Shown: positions 1-13,518 of the stretch, piece by piece
How the letters are laid out: each line of letters begins with the position of its first letter
Position numbering within the stretch: the first letter of the stretch is position 1
Assembly: GCF_001194135.2 (NCBI RefSeq)
Contig: NC_068990.1
Location: forward strand, 33,439,633 to 33,503,632
DNA from: Octopus bimaculoides
Taxonomy: Eukaryota
DNA: 64,000 nucleotides
Direction: 5' to 3'
The notes under the pieces: generated by a model
Database searches by the model: none
The model's input: only the letters and a program-made list of their open reading frames with translations
Told to the model about the DNA's origin: nothing
Position numbers and translations under genes: made by a program

Positions 1-400
1 TATATGTATGCACACACATACATACATATTTATATACATATGTATGTGTGTGTGTGTGTGTGTGTGTGTATCTATATAGTTACAGACACATATAAACACA
101 CATACATAGATGCACACATATAAACCTACACATATCAGATGCATTTATGATTATATAGCTATGTGTGTGTTTGAGTTTGTGAACACATATACATATCTTT
201 CTCTACACACACATACGCACAAATGCACACACATACACACACACACCTACCTAAGTACTTAAATGTGCAAACATGCGTGTGTATACACATACACACACAT
301 ATCAGTGTGTACATCAGAATAGATGTGTCAGCGTGCATACATACCTGAGCATATAACCAGATATACATGCTGACAAACATTCACACACACACACACACAT
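1..400. repeat. Compound (AC)n/(AT)n/(ATAC)n microsatellite tract
   Basis: Dinucleotide and tetranucleotide runs directly visible; they explain the H/T/Y/I/V/C-rich ORFs here. Confidence 0.95.
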
Positions 401-1694
401 ACATTACAGAAACATTGATGTTTATAATTAAAATTTATATTTACACAAAGTGTAAATATAAACCCCTCTATCATTAGCCAGAAAGAAGATAGAACAGAAA
501 TATGGTTATTAAAACCTGATATGAATTATGCATGCAGAAAATACACACATGTGCACCATTGCATATATATATCCACAAATTTAGACACACATGATTTATG
601 TATGCATATATACTTAGAAACATGCACACAGCTTAAGCTACACACACTCACACACACACATAGAATGCTTAGATTACATAATCATATAAAGTGCAGCCTG
701 CATAATATGAAAATTACTATGTTTTAGTTTAAAACCAAAACTTTACACACACATACACATACATACACATATGCACAAACTTGCATGACCAATGGTTTTT
801 TTTTTTTTTTTGTGTAAAATCTGAGAATGGTGGTCTTTGAAATTTTGAATATTTGCATGTTTGTTTAGGAGTTATTTCGGTATCTATGACTAGTCTTATT
901 GATGTTGTCTCCTCAAAAGTTAGATATAACAATAGTAAAATAAATGATGAAAAAAAAAAAAAATCAGTAGGGCTTTACTCTTTGACTAGAGGGACATCAA
1001 AACTGCTTTAATAAAATTTCAGCTCATGAATGTAAAGTCAATGATCTCTGTCATGTTCCTGAATGCTGCTACAAAATATGACGAGGGTGTATGTGTGAAT
1101 GCATATCTACATTGCATACATGATGGCTGAAAACTCGTGTTTGAGTATTGCCATCACCAGATCGAAAGTCCCACACATGCAAAGGCTATGACCAGCCATA
1201 TTTGTGATAGGTCTCATTCATTTTTTTTCTGTGCATGAGGATTTTTTTTATAATGGTGAAAGGATTTTCACAAATCCAATCCCGCTCTCTGAACACAGAC
1301 AACATATACTCGAAAAGATGAACTAGTCTACATTAGCGAATATCGTCAGTGCTGCAGGTTTTCTCTCTCAGTTTCCCTCTCCTCAAGAGATGTGACAACA
1401 ACAGAGAGGCCTCCCACTGTCAGTGCTTGGACACCAGCCCAGCTATTTCCATGTCCCTGCACACACATACATGCATACATACACATGTAGACATACGGTT
1501 AGATGGCCATTGACTGCTCATGAGCTCTTCCACCCATTAACAAGTCTTATTTTTCATCCTGCAGGATGTCCAACAATCACTGTCCTCACAGGCGAGTTTG
1601 ATGGGGTTACCAGTTTAGTTGCTGATGACCCAACCATGCAACAGGTGGCACTGGGTTACATGTTACCAGTAGCACTCAAAAACAACCTGACATT

Positions 1695-1990
1695 ACATAC
1701 ATGCCTAAATACATACATACATGTACACATTACATGCATAAATACATAAGTGCATATATGCACACATTACATATATATATGCACACATTGCATAATTTAT
1801 GCACACATTACAAGCATAAATACCTAAGTACATATATGCATTACATACATTGCATGCATACATACATAAATACATGCAAGGATACATTACATGCATACAT
1901 GCATAAATACATACATGCAAGGATGCATAACATACATGCATACATCACATACACGACATGCACATACACTTGACATACATTATATACATA
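1695..1990. repeat. Degenerate (ATAC/ATGC)n microsatellite
   Basis: Repeated tacatacatgca-type units. Confidence 0.9.
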
Positions 1991-3714
1991 CCTTGGATTC
2001 AGGTTAGAAACTGGTTCTTTCACCATTGGCAAGAAATTGAGAAATAAAACCATGTTGTAAAATACATACATAACATTCATACAGTGAATTACATAAATTA
2101 AGATAGAAATCAACAAGGAGATGAGATGAATTCACAACGAAATTTTTTTTTGCTTGATGCTCAAAGAACTGGAAAGAGTTAATTGTTATATAACTGTTCA
2201 GACATTTCCCTTCTGAAGGTAAGTGTAGAGTGGAAAAGGTGAAGGAAAGACAAGGAATAACAAGAAATGAATAATCAAGTGAAATCTACATGTTTGTCAT
2301 TGACTGACCAGAAGGTGGATGATGGACAAAACGGACTGTTTTAAGACAGGGGTGCAAGTGCAAAGAGAGGCATGTGTCTGTATATGCATTACTGTGTGTG
2401 CGTGAGTGTGCATGTATGTGCTAGTGCATGTGTGTATGTGCGTGTGAGGATATATGGAACAGCAGTGTACTTGGTTTTTGTGTTTCACATATTTGTGTGT
2501 GTGTATATATGAATTACTTTATATCCATCATTTGTATAGATATGTGTGTGAATGTTTGTTAGCATGTATATCTGGTTATATGCTCAGGTATTATGCACAC
2601 TGACACATCTATGTGTGTCTATTTGTATTTGTAGGAATGTATCTCCCTGTCATACTGTACAGTGAGTGTATCTGTTTGTATGTCTATTCATGTACATGCT
2701 GGCTGTTGACTGACCAGAAGATGAAATGTGGGTTAATGGAGTGACCTGGAGCATAAGAGAGAAGTGTATTTCTGTGTGTGAGTGTGTATGTGCTTGAAAT
2801 GTGTGCAAAAGGAGTTTTAAAAGTATGCAAGGTCGTCTATGTGTCATGTATTTTTGTGTACATAACAGCATGTGCATGGGCAGGCTTTTTTGTTAGGTGT
2901 GTATAATACATATACGTGTGTGTGTGTGTGTGTGAAAGGGGGGATTAGAGTAGGATGGTTAGTGAACTAAGGCTAAAAGAAGTCTGAATTTGGAGAGGAA
3001 AAATAAAATGCTGTTCTCTATGAAATCTAGAATTCATGGATCCAGTTTGCAAAGCCAAACTGAATATCATGAACATGTCTTGTAAATCAGTTGGCTAAAC
3101 AGTGGCTAGTTTGACCAATATACAAACTGCAGCAGAGTGAGCTTTAATATTTTCTTAATCTTTTTTCAAATTTCTCCTTATCTTTCCTAATCTTTTTATC
3201 AAGTAGTAGTGAAGATTAATCTCAGGATGTTGGGCTTCATGGAGGAGATGACGATGGACTGAGATGTCTGGCAATAAGAGGTTCTTGAGAAAACCCACCT
3301 AAGTCAGCAAAACTGAGTTCTGGAAGCGAAACTGAGTCTTGTATGTTCAGAATAAAGCAAACTACATCTCTTCTCCTCTTCCTCACATTTCCTCTTTGGC
3401 ATGCACTATGCTTATGCACATCTATCTCTCCCTCCTCATTTATGTAGCCCAATCCTCTCCTCCCAGTCCTGCCCACTGTATCATCTCTAGCCTGTTGTCC
3501 CCACCACCGTCTCTTTGCATTCACATGAACTCCCTACTCTCTACTTATGCACTCTTGGCAATGCTACACCATACTCCCCCAAACTCCAGAACTGGAGTGT
3601 CACAACTGGATGCAATTCAATGTCCTGACTGATAATTGGAAAAAAAAATTAGAAGATATGCAATACATTGTTTTGTAATTTTATATGGTATAGAACTTAT
3701 AATACAATTCAGCA

Positions 3715-3868
3715 GAACGATATGATATAGAGGGAGATATGATAAAGAAAGAGATATGCTATAGAGAAAGACATGATATAAAAGGAGATGTTATTTAGAA
3801 GGAGATATGACTTAGAGGGATACGATAAGGGAGATAAGATAGAGAAGGATATATATATATATATATAC
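3715..3868. repeat. About 16-17 bp minisatellite (gagatatgatatagaa-like) ending in (AT)n
   Basis: Roughly 8 degenerate tandem units visible. Confidence 0.75.
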
Positions 3869-4690
3869 CTGAGATAGATTATTACTAAATTGACACAGTA
3901 TCAGATGTGATATATTGTTAGATAAAACCAGTTATCAAAAAATATCCATGTAAAAACAAAAAGGAACTGCCCTTAGAAGATATGAAAGAAGTTTCTACAT
4001 ATGAGATACTTCATAATATGGCTATGATTGGAGTAAGGTACTCCAAGTGACTATCTGGCTAAGGAAATGGTACTTTGAATGACAACATGACCACAACAGA
4101 AGTATGGCAGTCTAAGCGATAATGTGGAAATGTGTTGCTCTGGGTAAGAACGTGATTGGAGTATAGTACGCCATATGGTATCATGATTGCGATATGGTAG
4201 TCTGAGTGATAAAATAAGACTATTCACTCAATTGGTGAAGATTCACCAAAATGCTGCAATCACTGACTAATATATAAACTGCATCTTTTCTCCCTTGCTG
4301 CTGTTGCTGCTATAGCTGTTACTGCAACTACTACCACCTCTTCTATTCCATCAAATTATCAATTCTCATATGTCTTCCAGAAAAGTTCATTCAATATTTC
4401 CATCTATTTTCCTCTAATTTACCCAATTATTTCCTTCATCATGTCACATGAGAAATATTGTTCAATAAGTATTTCCCTATAAATGGGAATCTCTATAAAA
4501 ACTCTGAATTTTTTGGAACCAAATTTTTCCTGCAGAAGTCAGTCAGTGTAAGGAATTTCAAATGCTCCTCTTTTCTGCTAGTCTGAAATGATCCACAAAA
4601 GGTTGGAGATACTATCCACTCCTTCTCTCTCCAACTAATTATCTAACCTGTAACGATAACGATTGCTGCTACTGATGATGATATAAGGTT

Positions 4691-4870
4691 TTATCTTTTA
4701 TCTTTTACTAGTTTGAGTCACTGGACTGTGGCCAAGCTGGGGCACTGCCTCGAAGGGTGAACCCAGTATTTATGTTTTAAAATCTGGTATTTATTCTGTT
4801 GGTCACTTTTGCTGAACTGCTAAGTTACAAGGACATAAACAAACTAACATAGGTTGTCGGGCAATGATGG

Positions 4871-4928
<58 letters not shown>

Positions 4929-5086
4929 AGGATTCTCTCAGTTTCCATCTACCAAATCCACTTACAAAGCTTTGGTTGGCTCTGAGCTTCAGTAGAAGAC
5001 AATTGTCCAAAGTGCCACAAAGTGGGGGAACTGAACCCAGAATCATGTGGTTTGGAAGCAAACCTCTTTCTACACAGCCATGCCTT
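4691..5086 (-). mobile_element. SINE family A (tRNA-like head, CORE-like ccttgggcaagt-type segment, internal microsatellite, (AAAGAT)-type tail)
   Basis: Reverse complement has A-box-like TGGCTGTGTAG and B-box-like GGTTCAGTTCC; internal (AC)n; same architecture recurs about 10 times in the window. Confidence 0.85.
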
Positions 5087-5987
5087 ATAGATATTTCTTT
5101 AATTGGATCAACATGTCATATGTTTGGTTATCTGTAACTTCAAAATGTCCCATCTTTTCAGGATTGGTCAAAGGAGTCAAATCTTTAGTGAAGATTGTAC
5201 AAAACATGTTATGATAGTGACCAACACCAAGAGAATATAAGATTAACATTGAGAGTCCGGAATGATGAATAGCTTAAGGTGTAAAAACCATAACAGAATA
5301 TGTAATATTTCATAGACACTAGTTAACCCTGCTTTTGGTAAGCTGTCTGCTACAAAACTGATTGTAAATTGACCAATTAAATTAGTATCAGAGAAATAGG
5401 TTAATCCTCTGAGAACTATATTAAAAGCACAATAAAATGTTCACCATTCTCCTCACATATCAGGCATCTTGTTATTTCAGTCAAATTTTCCATTGCTCTT
5501 CAAGTATATATTCCAATATAAGTGGAGTTAAAAAAATAACAAACAGAACAGGAAAAAATTAATTAAGCAAATGAAGCATGAATTAGAAAAGCAACTCCTT
5601 CCTCTATACTGCAACAACAACAACAAGATTAACAACAACAATAGGAAAATATTTTTTTAAAGGAAAAGAAAATTTTAATAACCTTTCAGACTGATGACAG
5701 ACAATTTTCTAAAAAGTAGGTGAACAGATCATCTGACCATGAAATTGGCATGCAAGATTGTATTTGTTGCTAAGAGATAGAAAAATAAAAGCGAGGTGTG
5801 TAGAGTTATGCATTGTATAGTTTTCTACTGTACACTATATGGCACTGAGATCAATAAATCAATTAAAACAGCAGTAAACAGATTTGTTTGAGATATTTGA
5901 GGAGAGATAGGCTCTTAGAGCAGAACTAAAGTGAATTGATATTATTAACTAAGCAAAAATGACCAGTACAAGGTCAGACAGAATGGA

Positions 5988-5996
5988 AGAGAGAGT

Positions 5997-6075
<79 letters not shown>

Positions 6076-6097
6076 AGAGAGAGAGAGAGAGAGAGAG
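5988..6097. repeat. (GA)n microsatellite
   Basis: Near-perfect GA run; source of the ER/LS repeat ORFs. Confidence 0.98.
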
Positions 6098-7563
6098 CAG
6101 AGGGGAGATGGAGGGAAGGAGAAAACAGGAAGAGATCTAACTGTGAGACTCTTGTATAATCACAGCCCACATCTCCATCAGCTACACATCTACTTCTTGT
6201 AAGGAGTTCAATAAGCTTCTTTAGGAAGAAACACACAGCTCTCAGTCAGATGTGTCACTCAAATACAAAACCATCTAATAAAAGAATCCACTTGTTTTCC
6301 AGAAAAATGTTCTTTATTTTAGATTTGTTCTTGCTTGCTGCATTTTATTTCAATCAATCCAATCAAGAGAGATTTTTAAGAATGGATTATCTACAGCGAC
6401 CTACATTGGTGTTCTGGAAATAATGCAATAACAATGAACGCTGCCAAGGAGAGAATCTCTAATATGGTTATCAGCATGTTAGAAATAGCAGCCAAATATT
6501 CCTAGTATCACATACCTACTATCTCAAATATGGAATAACATATTAGGTAATTCAGTCCCAGATTTACCGTGCTTGAAATAAAAAGTCAATGGTGAGAAAT
6601 GGGATACTTTGATCATGGGATCATGGATACTTTTGATCCATTTGGAATTGACCAAGGGCTAAACGACAGTGGTACCAAGGAGAAATGTGGGCAAGAGAGA
6701 AGAGAAAAATAATTCATTTTATATGCAAAATATAATTTCTATAGAGTAATATAGAAAGTCACTATTAGTTTTAGTAATATACTTCATGGGTCCACCATTC
6801 CCAGCTTCAATCAATCTGCTTTCAAGCACTTAGAACACTTAAGAAAGTGAAGAACGTCACAAATTGTTATTTCTTGCCCTAAACTATGAGGTTCTTATAA
6901 CTAGTCAAAATAAACCAATAAGGAATACTTTTAAGTGAACAAAGCACCAATGTTTATACTGCAAGGTGAAGCAGCTAAATGAATGGAGTATATTGTAGTT
7001 AGTTGCCAGTGAGTCTTGGAGTGGTGAAAGATTATGTTGATCTCTACAACATCTCAAATCATGGAATTCTCAAATTAATATCAGCTTTTCACTGTTTTGG
7101 CAGGTTTCTTTAAAGCAATGACACAGAATCACTGCTTGTGTTACATGTCAAATTTAGAGATGTCATACAGGTGTGTCTGTGGTATATATTAATTAAATAC
7201 TGAAGTAAAAGAATTAAAACTGGGAGTCAAAATCAGGAAACAAACTCAATGTTTATGATGTAATATCATGTAATCTTGTAATAGTTTTTAATTTAGGCAG
7301 AAGGCCATCAATAATGAGAGGTTGAGGTTAGTTAATACCATCAACCTAAGAACTCAACGGGTATGATTGATACTTTATTTTATTGACCTTGATAGGATGA
7401 AAGACAAAGTTAATTTTAGAAGGGTTTGAACTCAGAACATTGAGCCAGAACAAATATTGAAAGGATGTTTTTGATGTTTTAATTTTGTTAAGGATTGACA
7501 GATCCTTTCTTCTATTTTCTGTTTTTCTCTGGATATAACTTTTCCACAGTGTTTGTTTATACT

Positions 7564-7912
7564 ATTACCTCTGCCTTAGCAAAGGTGGCGGTGTTGTTTT
7601 CAGTCGTGTTTGTCTGTGGACAAGATATCTCAAGAACCACTGGATAGATTCAGATAAAACTTTCAGAAATGTTTGGCCTCATGACTGGCAAAAATTGATT
7701 AGATTTTGGGATCAATCCTGGATTATCTTACTGTTTTTTTGCTTTTTTTTACTTAATTTTTGAGAGCGATTGGGTTCATTTTAGTATTCTTGTTTGTGAG
7801 AGCAGTTGAGTTTATTTCAGATATTCTGATTTTAAAAATCATCTCTGGCTAATCGTTGAGAGGACGTTGATGTTGCCTTGGTGGAGGCTTGCACTCTCTG
7901 AGTGCTCTTGTT
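7564..7912 (+). mobile_element. Non-autonomous Helentron/Helitron-associated element (HINE/DINE-like)
   Basis: 5' attacctctgcc with short hairpin; 3' subterminal ccttggtggagg followed by hairpin gcactc-tct-gagtgc and T-rich end. This matches the subTIR plus 3' stem-loop layout of HINE/DINE-1 elements. Confidence 0.7.
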
Positions 7913-7917
7913 GTTAC

Positions 7918-7965
<48 letters not shown>

Positions 7966-8534
7966 CTTTTGCATTAGCGTCTTCTTTCAGTTCTGTTTCT
8001 ATTTCTTGCCGAGTGTCTTCCTGACACCTAGGGAAGAGAAATGTACTGTATACATTGGTAGGCCATTAAACTAAACACACCAGATTGTTCTTTTACAGAG
8101 TCATGTGATAGAGAAAAAGGGGAAGTCAAAGAGAAAAAGGAAAAAATAAAAAATAGATATGTAAATAAATAACAGGGGAAAAAGGAAAGAAAATTTCCAG
8201 TGACAATGCTTTTCTCAATGCGTGGCTAGTACCAGTTAAGTACCAGTTAAGTAATTTACTCTGTATACATGGTTTGGAAGCTTAGAGATATTGTTGGATC
8301 CTATTTTCAAAACTGTAAAGCTATATAACTATGGACCTATATAACTAACCACATTGGAGTACAGTCTTGACTACTATGTGAAATGAAATCACAGTGAGAA
8401 TGGCAGAACTAGAGTCAGGTAAAGCAAGCAATTATGTAGAATAAAAAGATCATATATAACATGCCGAGATGAAAGAAATGATTTGAAAAGAATAGCTATG
8501 TTGCCTTAGAGCAATAGTGAAGAGAAGAATATTT

Positions 8535-9028
8535 AAGTATAAAAAAATGGTGTGGAAGTAACCAATATCCTAATCTTCCCAGCAGTAACCTAAAGTAACC
8601 TGGCATAACCTAGAGTGACCTAAAATAATCAATTGGAAACAGAAAGACATCTAGCACAAGTAAATGAGAAACAACATTTGGATTATATCCCCAAAATAAT
8701 GCCGCATTCAAAATTTACTCACAAAGATATAATAATCCTCTCTACTATTGGCACAAAGGCCAGAAATTTTGTGGGAGTGTATGTGTGGGGTGTGCTCGTC
8801 TTTTACATCGACCCCAGTACTTGACTGGTGTTTACTTCAACGATTCCAAAAGGATGAAAGGCAAAGTTGAACTTGGCAGAATTTGAGCACACTAAAGTAT
8901 AATCATGGAAGAGTGCTTGTCACGTTGGAGATAAACTATAAAGCTTTTATGATTAGCTGAAGCACATACCTTTCAAAATAAGAGGCTTTATTAGCAGTGA
9001 AACAGGAATATGAAACAAAATAAGCTAT
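8535..9028 (+). repeat. Left arm of an old long inverted-repeat pair (partner 10952-11272), interrupted by a SINE B copy at about 8735-8900
   Basis: Segments such as ttcccagcagtaacc, aattggaaacag, aactataaagc.tttatgattagctgaa.cacatacc and ttattagcagtgaaacaggaa occur reverse-complemented in 10952-11272. Confidence 0.8.
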
Positions 9029-9044
9029 TATGTATACTGTTTAT

Positions 9045-9290
9045 ATTAGTCCGACTGGTGTCCCCTCCTGGATCGTTATTTTCACTATGTTTTGGCTGTT
9101 GTATGCACAAGCCTTCTTCAGGTGTCTTGTGTTGCACTTGGTCGCTGCATCAGAATTTCAAACCCGATCTTTCATTTGATCTACAAGGGTCTACTGTTCT
9201 CATTCCGCTCTCTGCATTTCATGACATTTTGGGCTTCAGTTGAATTATGTGAATTGCCCTACCTGCCTTGCCTGAGATTCAACTCAGGTA
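9045..9290 (-). mobile_element. Decayed Penelope-like element 3' end (pseudo-LTR) fragment
   Basis: Minus strand carries a CTGAAGAAGGC...GCC[A]AAAC hammerhead-type motif typical of PLE terminal repeats; upstream frames give a weak RTVDPCRSNERSGL stretch reminiscent of PLE ORF ends. Confidence 0.55.
9083..9126 (-). ncRNA. Degenerate minimal type I hammerhead ribozyme motif (H1)
   Basis: GACAC-CUGAAGA-A-GGCU(ugugcauacaac)AGCC-[A]AA-AC[A]U-A-GUG. Two CG>CA changes destroy G12 and the ACGU helix III. Confidence 0.55.
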
Positions 9291-10146
9291 ACTCACATAA
9301 GAAATAAAAACAAAGAAAAGGAAATTTTAACTGAAATGATTCTAATACGACAAAACTTATAAAACAATTTGGATTGAGAAAATGGAAACAGAGCAATTTT
9401 TAATTATACTGAATTACGACTACTATTTTCCAACAACTGGCTATAATGAATGCATACATACAATAGTAGACAGCAAACATTGACACTCAATGTCTGACCA
9501 GTTTGATGAATAATCAAATATGTTAGCTGGGTACCTTATTTGGGTAGCATCATAGAATACATCATAGACAAGAGAGTTTTACCAGGTCAAGCAAGGCAGG
9601 CACCAAATAATAACCATACTAGGAACTCATTGACTTAACAATGTACATTAAACAGTTAGAAAACAAAACCTACATAAAGATGAGATGATGGAAAGTAAAA
9701 AGAAGTTGAGTTTGTTGGTTTAGAGATCAATTCTCATGTGGGATATACAAATAGAGTCAGAATGGAATAAGAGGAGTTAAAGTTGAGAAAGACATGGACA
9801 ATATTTCTACCAGGAATTTACTGGGAGAAAAAAGAATGCTGAAACAGAAACTGTTTATAGATGTGTAAATAAAAGTGAAAAGGAAATATGTTATCAAAAT
9901 CTGTTATACAATGAATATAGTTCTAAAATGGGTTTATAATTAAGTTCCACATAGACAAAAGATAGAAATCATCAAATACAACTGATGAAGTGTAAATATT
10001 AACAGTTGAAGGGAAATAATACATAGAAGGATCTGGAGATTTAGAGGTCTATACTAAATGATTATCTTACAGGAACCACTTAGTCTATGATCTAGATTTT
10101 AACACACTTTTCAACATACAACATCATGGACACTCAATAGTAGGCA

Positions 10147-10185
<39 letters not shown>

Positions 10186-10234
10186 TTGTTGTTGTGGTAA
10201 TGATAGAAAGGAAGAACAAGTGAAATGAAACATT

Positions 10235-10444
10235 ATGGAAGAGAGGACTGCAAAAAATATTTTAAAAAATGTAGGAGAGATCTTAGAAGAATTGCATCTT
10301 GGTTATGTGAAGAGAGATGAGTTGCTACAGAAGTTGTATAGATATTATAGCATCAAGGAGAAAGAGATTTATTTTTTTTGTCATTATGAGAGAAATCAAG
10401 TAAAAACTAGTTGGCAAAGACACCAAGATGAAGAGACTCTCTGA
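10235..10444 (+). pseudogene. Possible decayed integrase zinc-binding region (KRBA2/SCAND3/Ginger-type)
   Basis: ILEELHLGYVKRDELLQKLYRYYSIKEKEIYFFC resembles by eye the H...GH..RD.M..EL...Y.I...I..F segment preceding rve integrase cores. No catalytic core seen. Confidence 0.3.
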
Positions 10445-10951
10445 GAAAACAATACAACTCAAACAGAATATAATATTTAATTCAAGCTAAAAGCATTTAT
10501 TAAGGACATTGTAAGATGACACTCAGAATTCTGTTCCCCTAGATATGAACAATCATTCTGATACAACATTAAACCAAGACTGGATAATGTACATAAGAAG
10601 AAACCTTATGAGAACAACTAACAAAAAAAAAATTCATAATAATAATAATAATAATAATCATGTGAAAAGAAATGGAAACAAAATTGAAGGAAGAAGAAAA
10701 ACTCATAACGATGATGATGATGGTGATGATGATGATGGTGATGATGATGATATAAATAATACTTTCTTTTTTAATAATGATAATAATAATAATATAATAA
10801 TAGCAGGCATAGAATAGCAAATAAAAGGTACGCTGGGTGTCGGTTTTATTGAAAAATGTCTACTTTTGAAGTTGTTTTATTTCTTTTAATATTCTGGTTC
10901 CATTTCTGTTTTTGCTGCATAATTTTCTTCTTCATAAACAAAACAAAAAAT

Positions 10952-11272
10952 ATAGCTTCTTTGTTTCGCTTTCCTGTTTCACTGCTAATAAGGCTCTTTA
11001 TTTCAAAAGGTATGTGTTTCAGCTAATCATAAAGGCTTTATAGTTTACCTCCATATTGGTAAGCACCCTTCCAGTATTATGTCTTGGTATATAAATCTTG
11101 AATGAGTCGTTATTTTGGTATTATAATCCAAATGTTTTGCATTTACTTGTGTTAGATGTTTTGCTGTTTCCAATTACTTATTTTAGGTTACTTCAGGTTA
11201 CTCTAGCTTACTATAAGGTTACTGCTGGGAATGCCTGGATATTGGCAACTACACAGTTATTTTTTTATACTT
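10952..11272 (-). repeat. Right arm of the old long inverted-repeat pair
   Basis: Reverse complement aligns by eye to 8535-8711 plus 8905-9028. Confidence 0.8.
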
Positions 11273-12640
11273 CCCACTTGTTGGTTTTATGCCTTATTTA
11301 TACCTTTTATACCATAATTCTTTTTATACAATTTGGTTCAAGCAATATCGTCGAATCCCAAGATAGAGAACTAATTTGTATGGAAATGTCAAATATCTGG
11401 AATCTGTATCAGTTGAAAAAGGAATATTTCAGGCTGACTAAGAATTTCCATTTCTAATTTCTGGAAATTATTCCTTCTTTTTTTTTTGTGAGAATCATTA
11501 ATAAATATCACTAATAATTGGGGTTTTTTTCTTGCCAGCTAAAAGGGAAAATTTCATTTTATTAAGGGTTTCTAAAGATTCAACAAATTTCTGCCATTGG
11601 CCTCCTTGAGTTATTTCCCTTAGCTCATTTTATTTTTAATTATGCAAATTATATGAGTTAAAAATTATTTTTCACTTTTTTTTCTATACATTAAAATCAA
11701 TGTCAGCTGATCAATAAACTTGAGGAGAATATACTGATGATCCCTAATTGGCTAAAGCATGTCCATAATCATACCTCTTCCCTACAATCAAAGATCAGCT
11801 TTTCCTTCCTCTAAACATATAAATCAACCTTGAAAAATTGATTCTTCATTTATTAAAATTATTTCCTCTTTTTTTGTTTTAAATTTGCCAACAATTTCTG
11901 TTGTATTTTTTTTTTTGTTGTCTTTCTTCAACTAAGAGGGAAATTTTAATCAATGAAAAAAATTTCACACATGACACTCAGTGCACCACCCACCCCTTAA
12001 TTCAAATATTTTTCTACAGAATTCTTTGTTATTGTCCTGAAGTCATTGTCACGACTTGATAAGGAAATTATGATGTTGATGATGCTGATGGTAATAGTAT
12101 CATCATTTTACATATACTTTCTATGCTGACATGGTCTGGACAGGTCATTGTGGTTTGAGTTTCTTCTTATTCATAAATGGGGCCAAAGAACCACATCTCA
12201 CTCATAGAGTATTTTCCAGCATGCCAGTCGACATAGTATCTACTGTAAACATTTGAACATGATCACAACTTTTCCAAATCATGCTGCATTTCACACGGAA
12301 ATTTTGATCTTCCAAAGTCATCTTGGTGAATAATATGACCGACCATTTTTTAGCTGTATAATTTGGTCTGAAAAATTCAACTTGCATACTAGAAAATATG
12401 TTCCAGCTTTGACTTTGTTTCTATGGCTGAATGCCCTTCCTATCATCAACTCCTAAACAGGGTGTACTGTATATATTTTCTTATTGCATCAACATTTGGA
12501 AAGTTGTCATGTACTGTAATTAAGCCATCAAAATTAGAGTTAATATAACTGATAACTTTATTGATTAAATTTATTGCTTGAAGGCTAGCATTAATTATAC
12601 AGTTAGCCTTATATTAGATAAAATAGGCAGCTATCATTAA

Positions 12641-12896
12641 CCCTTTTTGATACCAATGAGCTTGAGACCACCTTTGGTTCTATGATAGGAAATTTTGATG
12701 GAAGATTTTAAATCATTTTCAAGCAGGAATTTTCTGTTTTAAAATGATTAGAATCTCCCATCAAAATTTCATGCTAATTTATACTCTAAACACCATCTTA
12801 AACAAATGACAAAGTTAGTTTGCTAAATTCTTTATTGTTTTCAAAATTAACTGGAACAAAGACAGTGCATTTCAACAGAAATATGGTAACAAAGGG
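12641..12896. mobile_element. piggyBac-type MITE
   Basis: TTAA|CCCTTTTTGATACCA ... TGGTAACAAAGGG|TT ends; internal inverted repeat gaaattttgatggaagatt / aatctcccatcaaaatttc. Confidence 0.65.
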
Positions 12897-13236
12897 TTTT
12901 TAATTACATAGAAATGGCACTACTTATGTTACACATTTTTATATTAAGTTAAGATATGTCGGTTTTCACCCACAGATTACTGTCATACTTCTTTATATGG
13001 CCAGCAGCTATGTGAAAAAAGAGCTGCAGTAAAAATAAATCAATGTGGAGCAAATAAAGGAGAAATCTAAATAAACGGTGAAGAAACATTACTTTAGTAT
13101 CAAGCAAAATGTTGCCAACTAAGATAGACATAACAATAAAACTAAAGAGGAATATAAAGACAAATTAGAACAAAAACAGCTTGAGATGAAAGAAAACATG
13201 TCACTGTATGGAAAGACGTGTGTGTGTGTGAGTGTA

Positions 13237-13308
<72 letters not shown>

Positions 13309-13384
13309 NNNNNNNNNNNNNNNNNNNNNNNNNNNNNNNNNNNNNNNNNNNNNNNNNNNNNNNNNNNNNNNNNNNNNNNNNNNN

Positions 13385-13467
<83 letters not shown>

Positions 13468-13481
13468 CGTATATATACATA

Positions 13482-13518
<37 letters not shown>

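Noticed and set aside
1300-1690. Higher-GC island with possible splice sites on both strands
   Set aside because: No frame gives a recognisable peptide or a consistent exon pair.
3950-4025. Hairpin gaagt..acttc preceded by TAGAAGA, suggestive of another hammerhead
   Set aside because: No GAAA-N-UH 3' strand or helix I complement is present.
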